DNA of 64,000 nucleotides. It comes from Octopus vulgaris. Taxonomy: Eukaryota. How positions within the stretch are numbered: position 1 is the first letter of the stretch; the number at the start of each line of letters is the position of its first letter. Shown piece after piece: positions 25,205-36,258 of the stretch. Both the position numbers and the translations under genes were made by a program. The notes beneath the pieces were generated by a model that did not search any database, was not told the DNA's origin, and saw only the letters and a program-made list of their open reading frames with translations. The stretch lies in contig OX597826.1 of assembly GCA_951406725.2 (NCBI GenBank), positions 744,001 to 808,000 on the forward strand, read 5' to 3'.

Positions 25205-26465
25205 TTAGTTATGGTGTATAAGGGTATGTATATATGTGTGTATGTGTGTAAGTATGTATGTGTATGTATATATGTCTGCATGCGTGTATGTGTGTGTGTA
25301 TATATGTATGTATGTATATGTATGTGTATGTATGTATCTATGTATGTATGTGTGTACGTATGTGTGTGTATGTATGTATGTGTGTATGTGTGTATGTGTA
25401 TGTGTATGTATGTGTGTATGCGTATGTGTGTATGTGTATGTATGTATGTGTGTATGTATGTGTATGTGTGTATTTATGTATGTATGTGTGTGTATGTATG
25501 TATGTGTGTATGTGTGTGTGTATGTGTGTATATGTGTGTGTATGTATGTGTGTGTATGTATGTGTGTGTATGTATGTATGTGTGCCTGCGTGTATGTGTG
25601 CATGTGTGTGTGTATGTATGTATGTATATGTATGTGCGTGTGTGTGTATGTATGTATGTATGTATGTATGTGTGTATGTATGTGTGTGTATGTATGTGTG
25701 TATGTGTGTATGTGTGTATGTGTATGTATCTATGTATATGTATGCATGTGTGTATGTATGTGTGTATGTGTGTGTGTATGTGTGTATCTATATATGTATG
25801 TATGTATGTGTGTGTGTATGTATGTGTGTGTATGTACGTATGTACGTACGTATGTATATATGTGTGTGTGTATGTGTGTAAGTGTGTGTGTATGTATATA
25901 TGTATGTATGTATGTATGTGTGTATGTATGTATTTATGCATGCGTGTATGTGTGTATGTGCGTGTGTGTACGTATGTATGTATATGTATGTGTGTGTGTA
26001 TGTATATGTATGTATGTATGTGTAGTGTATGTATGCGTGTGTATGTATGTATGTGTGCATGCGTGTATGTGTGTATGTGTAAATGTATGTATGTATGCGT
26101 GTGTGTGTATGTATGTATGAATGTATCTATGTATGTATTATGTGTGTGTGTGACGTATGCGTGTGTGTGGGTTGGAGTTGTGTGGGCGTAAGGTACATGC
26201 GCGTGCTTGTGTGCGTGTGTGCGCTTACGTGCGTGTATCTGTGCGTCTCAGCTAGCTGTTTATAGGAGTGTGCGTATCTGTATGAGTATTGTCCCTGGTG
26301 TGTGTGCACGGGCATGTGTGTGTGCGCGCGTGGGGGGTGTGGGTGTGTGGATGTGTGCATAGGTGTGTAAGTATGTGTGCGTACATGTGCATGTACGTTG
26401 TGTGTGTGTGGTGTGTTGGGAGTAGGTGTGTTCGTGGGTACGTGAGTATGTGTGTGTGTGTGACT
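25205..26465. repeat. Compound (TG/TATG)n microsatellite block
   Basis: Direct inspection. Confidence 0.9.
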
Positions 26466-26563
26466 GCATAAGGACAATTATAAAAATAAAAAATATAAAG
26501 TAAAAAATAAAAATAATAAATAAAAAATAAAAGATGCTTGTGGGGAGAAGTAGAGCGCAGTCA

Positions 26564-26818
26564 CTAAGAGGAGGGGACTGTGTTGAGTCCGTGTGGAGTT
26601 AGAGTCTGTAGAAGGAATATGAGCCGTTGCTCCAAGTGAAGCCTAGATTGTGGAGAGCCGTTGTGTGGGGCAAGACCAAACACCGAGATGTCATCGGGGG
26701 AATGGCTGGCCGAGCGGAAGTGACGTGCGACGGGAGCATTGGACCGTAGACGAACATCCCTCAGATGTTCGGCGAATCGGTCTGACGACCGGCGTCCCGT
26801 CTGTCCTATATACAGCAT
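26564..26818 (-). pseudogene. PLE GIY-YIG endonuclease domain
   Basis: LYIGQTGR..DRFAEH...VARHF...EQRLI..L.T..P.GLN. Confidence 0.88.
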
Positions 26819-27008
26819 TCCGCAGAGGTTGCATTTAATGCAGTATATGAGTCCAGACGAGGTGCACGTAAAAGAATGTCTGATACGTACAGTTCGCTGG
26901 TTGGAACCGGTGACAGCAGTGGTGTTGGTGATGAAGGGGCGGGTGTTGCAGCGGGATCTGGAGCACGGGAAGGATCCGAGTGGGGCCGAGGGGGAAGAAG
27001 GGAGGGTG

Positions 27009-28544
27009 CTACGGACCAGAAGGTCGCGTAGATTCCGGGCTCGTTTGAAGGATGACAGGGGTGGGTTGGGGAAAATAAGGTGGGTCGTGGAATCGAGCTG
27101 GAGACGACGGAAGGCACGAAGTATCTTCCGACGAAGGGGTAGAGTAGAGGGGTGGAAAAGGAGGGGAAAGGGGGTGCGGTTGGGGGGGGGGGTGAGTGGA
27201 AGGAGAAAGGGCGGTGGTGCGGTCGATGCGAAGAGCGCGGGCGAGGCCGTTCAAGACCAGGGTAGGTGGGTATCCTCGAAGCCTGAACAGGCGGGCCAGG
27301 TATTGAGACTGGGTCTCGAAATCCTGGTCGCGGCTGCACAAGCGTCGGAGGCGGAGGAACTGGGAGTAGGGGATGTCCCGTTTGGTGTGGAAGGGATGGG
27401 AGGAGGAGAAGTTGAGATAGAGGTGGGAATCCGTGGGTTTGAAGAAGGCGGAGGTGGTGAGAGAGTGGGAGGGGTGTTCGATGCTGAGTGAGATATCAAG
27501 GAAGTTAACGGAAGTATTGGATATGGTGGAAGTGAATTGTAGAGAGGGGTGGAAGTTAGAGAGGAAAGAGATGAAGTGGCAGAGTTGTTCGCGGGAAAGA
27601 GAGGTGGCGCCTATACAGTCGTCTATGTAACGACCGTATAGTTCTGGCGTCGGCCCGGAGAATTGGGAGAATACTTGGGCCTCAATGTAGCCAACAAAGA
27701 GATTGGCGAAATTGGGGTCCATTCTCGTTCCCATCGCGACCCCAGACATCTGTTGGTACGTTTCCCCGGCGAACGTGAAACAGTTGAGGGTTAGGACGAG
27801 CTCTGCCAGGCGGAGAAGGGTGGGGGTGCTAGGGGTGGGGTCGGAACAACGGTCGAGGAAGTGTTGGAGAGCTAGGAGACCGTCGTTGTGGGGAATTACC
27901 GTATACAGGGATTTGATGTCAAGGGTGAAGAGGAGGTGTGAGGGGCTGGAAGGGAAGGAAAAGGAATTGAAGAGACGGAGGGCGTGGTTGGTATGTTGTA
28001 TGTGGGAAGGGAGGGCTTTGACTAAGGGGGACAGGATACGGTCGAGGTATAGGGAAATGTGTTCAGTTGGGCAATTACAGGCGGAAACGATGGGGCGGCC
28101 AGGGTTATTGGGCTTATGAATTTTGGGAAGGAAATAGATGGTGGAGGTGCGGGGTGTGCGGACGATGAGGTTGGTGGCGGTGGGGGGGAGAGCAGAAGAG
28201 GAGATGGTGGAGGACACTCGCTGTTGGTAGGAAGAGGTGGGATCAGAGGGGAGGAGGCGATAGAAGAGGGGATTTTGAAGCTGGCTGAGCGCTTCCTCTC
28301 TGTAGAGATCCGCGCGCCACACCACCACTGCTCCGCCTTTGTCCGCTGGTTTGATGACAATGTCATTGCGGCGACGGAGGTGGCGAAGGGCAACCAATTC
28401 AGCCTGTGTGAGGTTGTCTCGAAGAGGTCTTTTTTTAAAGTTAAACCGGTTTACCAACGCGTTGCAGTCGTTCATAAACGAATCTAGGCTACTGAATTGG
28501 CCTGGGGGCGGCGTCCAGTTTGATGGGCGGCTCCCCAGCTCCAA
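27009..28544 (-). pseudogene. PLE reverse transcriptase domain
   Basis: 511-aa ORF with the RT motifs, frameshifting near its C-terminus. Confidence 0.9.
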
Positions 28545-29802
28545 AAAGCAATCCTGATTGTTGTGACGCTGCGGAGACGCGTGGAAGAAGGCGGAAAGTT
28601 TGAGGCGGCGCAGGAACTGGTTGACGTCCGTCCGAGTCTCGAATTCGTCACAGTGACGCGTGAGAGGCGTGAAGCGGAGTCCCTTACTGAGGAGAGAGCG
28701 CTCGGCAGCGGAGAGGGGGAGATTGGGGGGTATATTGACAACAGTGCGAGGAAGCGGGGTGGTGGGATGAGTGGGGTCAGGAAGAGGGGGTGCAGAGGTG
28801 GGGGGAGGAGAGTTGGGGTGGTTGGGTGAAGATGGGGTAGGCGTAGAAAGGTCAGGGTGGGGGTGGGGGTCCGTGGAGGGGGAAGGGGGGTGGAGAGAGT
28901 CGGGGGAGCTGGAGGGGACGATGTGGAGGATGTGGAGGAGAGGGGAGGGGAAGGAGGTGAAGGGTTGAGGAGGTGGTGGAGTTTTTTGTTTTTTGTGTGT
29001 GTGAGGAAATTGTGAAGCTGGTGGTTGAGATTAAGAATGAAGCGGAGAATAGGTTGGGTGAAGAGTGGAGGGCAGAGGGAGGAGAGAAGGAGGTAAGCTT
29101 GGGGAAGTAGGTGGTCAAAGGAGTGGAGGAGAGAGCGGGTGGAACGGATGGTAGCACGGATGAGGAGGCGGGAAGTGCGGGCGAGGGTGGGTTCAATGAA
29201 GGGGAGGAATAGGGGGTGGCGTGGAACTTCAAGAGGAAGCCACGGGGTGTGACGTGATATCGGAGGCAACGGCTGAGGAAGGAGAGATGGCTAGAGTGGC
29301 GAGTTTTTTTTAAAAGTAAGTGAGAAAGTTTTTTTGCGGGTTGTAAGCATTGGGTGGGGGGAAAAGCGAGAAAGCGGCTAAGAAGGGATTGAAGGTGTTG
29401 GACGAACGAGTGCAAGTCAGGCATGTTGGGAAGTGGTGAATGTGTATGTAGGTGTAGGTGGTGGTGACACAAGTGGAAGAATGGAGGTGGAAGAAGAAAG
29501 ATAAAGAAGGAAAAGTACGGGAAGATAAGTTCAGGAAAAAAGTTCAGGAGAAAGTTAAGTAAGAGTCACGGACAGATTCTTCTGATTTCCAATCACGATT
29601 TCAGTGGCCTACTCCGGAAGGATGGTAACAGTAATCCGTAGGTGTAAAAATCCAGGAATTGGTATCCAAGGCGCTCGGTATCCGTGTGAGCGTGCGGTAT
29701 ATAAAGTTAATCCAAACAAGAAAACACAGAAAAAAACACAGCAACGCGAGGACGTGGAACAATTAAAGTATTATTTGACGCTCAGGAAAGAAGGGAAGGA
29801 GG

Positions 29803-29837
29803 GTTTAACGTTTCGAGCGGAGCTCTTCGTCGGAAAC
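29803..29837 (-). ncRNA. Minimal hammerhead motif at the 5' pLTR of the PLE (core CCGACGA variant)
   Basis: gttt-CCGACGA-a-gagc-tcc-gctc-GAAA-CGTT-aaac on the minus strand; palindromic AACGTT. Confidence 0.7.
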
Positions 29838-29861
29838 AAAGGAGAAGGAAATATATATATA

Positions 29862-30002
29862 GACGTAGGACTGGCTGTGTGGTAAGTAGCTTGCTTACCA
29901 ACCATATGGCAAGTGTCTTCTACTATAGCCTAGGGTCGACCAAAGCCTTGTGAGTGGATTTGGTAGACGGAAACTGAAAGAAGCCGGTCGTATATATGTA
30001 TT

Positions 30003-30033
<31 letters not shown>

Positions 30034-30252
30034 ATGTATGTTTGTTTGTCCCCCCCTCCCAACATCGCTTGACAACCGAAGCTGCTGTGTTTACGTCCCC
30101 ATAACTTAGCGGTTCGGCAAAAGAGACCGATAGAATAAGTACTAGGCTTACAAAGAAGTCCTGGGGTCGATTTGCTCGACTAAAGGTGGTGCTCCAGCGT
30201 GGCCACAGTCAAATGACTGAAACAAATAAAAGAGTAAAAGTTAGAGTAAGAG
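29862..30252 (+). mobile_element. tRNA-derived SINE (family B), near full length, with internal TA/TG microsatellite
   Basis: Head tggctgtgtggtaag; tail ...gactgaaacaaataaaagagtaaaag; homologous to 51800-52186, 58341-58700 and 44760-44950. Confidence 0.85.
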
Positions 30253-30425
30253 TTAGAGTATATATATATATATATGGGGGGGGGGAATAATCTGGTTCTT
30301 GACTGAAAATAGAAAAGTTCGAATGACCCGTCCTTGTTTTCTTTGTGTCGTCCATCTGGATGTTTTGTTGTCCCTTTTTTGCATAACGTAGTTGTCCGGA
30401 TGTTTTGCGTTTTTGTCCCGTTTTG

Positions 30426-30465
<40 letters not shown>

Positions 30466-30466
<1 letters not shown>

Positions 30467-30720
30467 TTCAGCAAAATTTAGATTCAAATGAATATGGTAC
30501 TTAAGTTAGATGCACCAGAATTTTGTATGGTGTTATCCATATAAATCCATGGAGTGATTATAATCAATATAAGCAACAAAAATATCTTCGGTAATTTGGC
30601 ACGATCGTTTCACGCTACATCATTTTATTAAATATTGTAAGTATTACAACAGTTTTAAAATGTTGAGCAATCATCAGCCATTTATAGGGGTTTTCCATTA
30701 ATACATAATTTACATATTAA
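30466..30720 (-). mobile_element. PLE pLTR fragment containing a complete branched hammerhead (30593-30683)
   Basis: Reverse complement gives aaatgg-CTGATGA-ttgc-[caaca/tgttg; tacaatattt/aaatgatgta]-gcgt-GAAACGATCGTG-ccaaatt; abuts (TA)n. Confidence 0.75.
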
Positions 30721-30927
30721 TTGATAACAATGTTATCAATGTGCGTTCAGAAATTTATTATTAATGTTATCCAAAAATTGGACCAAAACCGCAACAGACG
30801 ACAATAAAACATACGGACAGATAGACGACACACAGACGAACAGGAAAAAATAAGGACTGGTCATTCACACCCTTCTCTCATCAATCAAGTTTCCATATAC
30901 GTATGTGTGTGTGTGTGTGTGTGTGTG

Positions 30928-30973
<46 letters not shown>

Positions 30974-31427
30974 CCACACATTTTCAGTCAACCAAATTCA
31001 CTGACAAGGCATTGGTCGAGCTGGTGCTATGTGCTATAGTAGAAAGTACTTGCTCAAGGTGCACGCAGTGGCACTGAACCCGGAACCACGTGGTTGTAAA
31101 GCTACCTTCTCAACCACACAACCGAGTCTGTTGAGAAGGAGAATGACACTTGCGCTGAAATTAGTCTCGAAGCCGTTGTGTAGAATACAATAGAGGAGGA
31201 GGAGGGGGCGATTTGTTCTGAATGCAGAGAGCGGGACTAAGCACTGTTAAACAGCAGAGGCTTTGTTAAGGAAAAAAGGGGAAAATTAGTAATATTGCTG
31301 TTGGTGCTGGTGAGGAGGAGAGGGCGGAGGAGGAAGAACACTAGGTGGGAGCAAAATGATGATGGTGATGGTGAGAGTTACGATGATACAGTGGCTCTTT
31401 CATTAGCTCATTCATTATTTGTGATTG

Positions 31428-31884
31428 CAGTGGTGGTAGTGGTGGCGGCGGTGGCTGTGATAGTGGTGGTGGTCGTGGTCGTGGTGGTGGTGGTACTGGT
31501 GGCAGCGGTGACTGTGGTAGTGGTGGTGGTGGTGGTCGTGGTGGTGGTGGTCGTGGTGGTGGTGGTCGTGGTGGTCGTGATGGTCGTGGTCGTGGTCGTG
31601 GTCGTGGTGGTGGTGGTCGTGATGGTCGTGGTCGTGGTGGTGGTGGTCGTGGTGGTGGTGGTCGTGGTGGTGGTCGTCGTGGTGGTGGTCGTCGTGGTGG
31701 TCGTGGTCGTGATGGTCGTGGTCGTGGTCGTGGTGGTGGTCGTGGTGGTCGTGGTGGTCGTGGCGGTCGTGGTCGTGGTGGTCGTGGTCGTGGTGGTCGT
31801 GGTCGTGATGGTCGTGGTCGTGGTGGTCGTGGTCGTCGTGGTGGTCGTCGTGGTGGTGGTGGTCGTCGTGGTGGTCGTCGTGGT
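31428..31884. repeat. (GTG/GTC)n trinucleotide repeat
   Basis: Direct inspection; source of the poly-V and poly-T ORFs. Confidence 0.9.
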
Positions 31885-32005
31885 GTTTCGGATGGCGCCA
31901 GTAAAGTGCGAAGAGAAAGAAAGAGGTGAAGAATATAATAATTCATGTATATTACATACACGCACACGCACGCACAAACACACACACACACACATACACA
32001 CACTC

Positions 32006-32063
<58 letters not shown>

Positions 32064-32604
32064 TCATCATATATATATATATATATATATACGAGTGTGT
32101 GTGTATATATGTGCATACATATACATGTGTACATAAATGTATATATATATATTCATATGTATATATATATGTATGCATATATATACATATATGCACATAT
32201 ATGTACATGTATGCATGTGCATTAAATATGTACATATATGTGTATGTATGTATATATACACACATATATATGTACATACTTGCACGCACATACATATATA
32301 TTTGCACATATACATATGTACATATACATACATACATATATATATATACATAGATATATATACATATATATATAGTCAACAATAAAAGGGTAAAATTAAT
32401 TAATTATTAATTAATAATTTTACCAAGTAGTGTTCAGTATGTAAGAAGACCATTTACGGTATATTTAAAACATTACGTTATATAATTATGTCTGGGAGAC
32501 TTTTCTTATAATAGAGGAAATGGCTAAATTTTTTGGCTGCTATTTCTAAAAGTTCGGTATGTGGTAAAGTAATTTTTTTTACTGAACCCTAATTATATAA
32601 CATC

Positions 32605-32637
<33 letters not shown>

Positions 32638-33415
32638 ATGAACACATACCGACCCACACAGGCGCATGTGTGTGTCTGCATGTGTACGTGAGTTAGTGAG
32701 GGAGGGTGTGTGTGTGTGTTTATGTGTGAATGTGTTTGCGTGTATATATCGCGTGATTCAGTAGAGAAAAGAAAAGAATGCCAGGTCGTGTGCACTTAAG
32801 TGTTTGTATTGTGTGCAGTATGTGTGTGTGTATGTTTGTGGCAAGTTTGTGTACATGTGTGTGTGTATTTGGTAAATTTACACACATGTGAGAAACTGCA
32901 TGTCTTGTATGTGTACGTGTGTGTGCGCGTGTGAGTGTGTGTGTGTATGGTAAGTGGATATGCATGGTGTGTGTGTGCATGTGATGAATATGTGTGCATA
33001 TAAGTGTGCTTGTGTGGTGAGTGCATGTGTGTGTGTGTGAGTAACAGTACATGTATGTGTGTGGAATGTGAGTGTATGATGTATGTATGCGTGTGTGTGT
33101 GTATGGTGAGTGGATATGCATGATATGTGTGCGCATGTGATGAATACGTGTGCGTGTGTGGTGAGTGTATGTGTGTGTATGAATAACAGTACATGTATGT
33201 GTATGTGTGCACGTGTGTGTATGTGTATGTGTATGTGTGTATGTGAGTGTATGATGTAAGTGTGTGTGTGTGTGTGTGTGCGATATAAATGCGGATGGGT
33301 GGGGTAGAAGAGCAAGGTAGAGTGTACTAAAGACTATCAATGGCTGCGGGTGGGAATGTTTTGCAACAAACAACAAAGGAAAGAGTAAAACAGAAACGAG
33401 TGAGAGAATGAATGA

Positions 33416-33456
<41 letters not shown>

Positions 33457-33459
<3 letters not shown>

Positions 33460-33732
33460 ATGGATGAGTAAATGATAGGAAGGAAGGAAGGAAGAAAGGG
33501 AGGAAGGGAGTGAAGGAAGGATGGAGGGGAAGGCGAGAGGGAGGAGGGAAAGAAGGAAAGAACGGACGAGCGAGGTGCGGAGGGAGGAGGGAGGGGAAGG
33601 AAGAGAGGGAGGAGGTAGAGGAGGAGGAAGCGGAGGGAGGATGGAAAGAAGGAAAGAAACAAGGAAGGGAAGGAAGGAGAAAGGAAGAGGGAAGGAGACA
33701 GCGAGGGAAGAGGGAAATAATGGAGGAAGGAA

Positions 33733-33774
<42 letters not shown>

Positions 33775-34100
33775 ATGGATGAGTAAATGATAGGAAGGAA
33801 GGAAGGAAGAAAGGGAGGAAGGGAGTGAAGGAAGGATGGAGGGGAAGGCGAGAGGGAGGAGGGAAAGAAGGAAAGAACGGACGAGCGAGGTGCGGAGGGA
33901 GGAGGGAGGGGAAGGAAGAGAGGGAGGGGAAGGAAGAGAGGGAGGAGGTAGAGGAGGAGGAAGCGGAGGGAGGATGGAAAGAAGGAAAGAAACAAGGAAG
34001 GGAAGGAAGGAGAAAGGAAGAGAAGGAAGGAGGGAAGGAGACAGCGAGGGAAGAGGGAAATAATGGAGGAAGGAAGGAAGAAAGGAAGGAAGGAAGGAAG
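33457..34100. repeat. 315-bp tandem duplication of purine-rich low-complexity sequence
   Basis: gaatggatgagtaaatgatagg occurs at about 33457 and 33773; identical ORF starts at 33510 and 33825. Confidence 0.85.
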
Positions 34101-34559
34101 GAAGGAAGGAAGGAAGGAAGGAAGGAAGGATGGAAGGAAGGAAGTGTGGAGGGAAGGGTGGAAGGATGGATGGATGGAGGGAGGGATGAAAGGGCGGAAG
34201 AAAGGTAAAGCAAGAAAAGTTTATAGCAGTCTCTTCGGTGGTGGCCATTTGGAGACATTCGCAACCAAATCCCCGTCGTCCATTGTTTCTAAAAAACGTG
34301 AAAAGAAAGCTGCATGACACATTGAATGATGCAGTCTACGGTTAGACTAGAGTGCGTGACGCCCGGGGGCAGTTCGTGTGTTTGCCGTCACACCTGCGTC
34401 TGACCCCTAGAGCAGTGGTTCTCAACCGGGGTCCATATGACCCTTGTGGGTCCATATAAGATTTTGCCGTTAAAATTTATTCTTGACTGCGGTGGTGGTA
34501 GTGGGGGGGGGTATCTTTATAACCTCAGATCAACCCTGATTGAACATACTATAATCAAA

Positions 34560-36157
34560 TAGGGAACACGAGGACTGGCTGCGCAAGAGAGAAATTTCCG
34601 GGGTGGGATGGTCTTCCCTTCGAGCTTTCTTTTTATATGCCAGAGTTGTTCGGTGGTCTTTTGGAAGACGTCTACGACAACTGGCAGCAGAACAGGAGAA
34701 TTCCCAGTGCTGTGAGCCGAAGAGTGGTGGTGCTGTTGAAGAAGGATCCGAAAAGAGAGAGACAAAATTTATAATTGCTCGGGGTCTGGTTTTGTCCAGA
34801 CCTCCAGGTGGACAAGAACTGGGGAGAGGTGACGAGCAAAGTAGCCAATCTCACCCAGAAATGGGTCGGGTGGAGGTGGCGAATGTGCACATCACTTCCA
34901 TCATTTACTACCGCCTGACCATCGTCCTTGCCCTACTTCGTGCCTGATAAAGTTGGATCGCTTGTTCTTCCAATTTTTATGGAAGGAATATGTTTCGTTC
35001 GTCAGACGGTTCCTCTGCTGTCAACAGCTGCTGAGTGGAGGACTGGGCATACCGTGGCTAATGATGCGCAGACATGCGTTGAGGCTGCGACATCTCCAGC
35101 GTTTCCTTAACGATGAGTAGGTGTGCTTGCAGTTCGTCAAATGGAACTTTCGGCAACTTTCTCTTTGATGGAGCTACAGTCCTGGGTCAAGCGTAGACCA
35201 AGAACGGTTGCTTGGCACCTGGAGTGTCTACAAGCGCTTTGCAGCCTTCTGCCAGTCTGGTAAACCGGTCGATGGAAATTCCACCATGGCGTTCTATAGG
35301 AGATTAGTGGAGAGAAAAAGTGACGACATATTCGGGGAAACTCTGGGCGTTGGGAGGGATCAACTAACTAGTCTTTTCCGGATGACTTTCGGACCAGGGC
35401 CTATGGATAACCCCCAGAAATCCCTGGCCTGGCAGGGCTACCAGAGAGCTCTGCTGGTTCGAGACAATCTCAACAAACACGGAAGTGCTGCCAGACGGAC
35501 ATGTCCGAGGTGTGCGCAGAGCGATAAAACCGTCCTGCATGCACTCGTCCAGTGTCCGTGCATTACTGACCTGTGGAGCTTTGTCGAACAGCTGTTGTCA
35601 CGTGCAGGACGAATCCGGTTATCAGCCGAGTCCATTGCAAGGGTCGCCCCGCCGCCTTCTTTTGGTAGTTTTTCTCTGCCTGGTGGCTATAGCGAAAGAG
35701 GTAGTGTTGTGGACGAGGCTGAAAGCACTGAAGACAGAGACTTTCCTTCTTCGGCCGAGCCCTCATTGACTTTTTCGAGTTCCACTTGAAAAGGAAAGTG
35801 AAAGTAGAGAGAGGACAGTACTACCCACCCACACCCAGTAATTTTGTTGAAAGGTGGGTGAATGTTGCGAAAATGGCTCGTGTGAATGAGCCTACTCTGA
35901 ATATTCGTCTGTAAGCTGGAGCAGTCGAGGGTAAAAGGGGTGCCTACCTGGCGTACCATAGGCAGTCGGGGCGACCAGGATGAGTGGGGTTGGCCCAAGG
36001 TGGAACTTCCCCATTAGGGAATTTTGTTGTTAGATTTTTTTTGTTTTTTTTTGTTTTTATTGTTTACACGCTTTTTGTTTTAAACCCCACTTGTCCCTTG
36101 TTTTGTATTGCCCCTATATGTTTTTGTGTTTAGTCCTTGTGGCCAATAAGGAAAAGA
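34560..36157 (+). mobile_element. L1/Tx1-clade LINE remnant (internally deleted ORF2, zf-RVT C-terminus, 3' UTR)
   Basis: GRVEVAN...IIYYRLT and CPRC....TVLHALVQC, followed by a T-rich UTR ending ccaataaggaaaag. Confidence 0.75.
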
Positions 36158-36258
36158 TTATTATTATCATTATTGTTATTGTTGTTGTTGTTGTTGTTAT
36201 CATTATTATTGTTGTTATTATCATCATCATCATCATCATCATCATCATTATTATAATT

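Larger units (their letters stand above)
26480..29850 (-). mobile_element. Neptune-type Penelope-like element, C-rich coding strand, several frameshifts
   Basis: N-terminal HLSFLSRCL...PRGF (28852-29472); RT PADKGG, YFLPKIHK, LDIKSLYT, GVAMG, YIDD (27009-28544); linker CSRSRC; GIY-YIG LYIGQT (26564-26818). Confidence 0.92.

Noticed and set aside
31295-32382. Poly-Val, mucin-like poly-Thr and Pro/Arg-rich long ORFs
   Set aside because: Produced by the (GTG/GTC)n repeat running into TA repeats; no splice or domain evidence
32720-34320. 514-aa and 327-aa Ser/Phe/Pro-rich ORFs
   Set aside because: Pyrimidine-rich low-complexity strand of a tandem duplication
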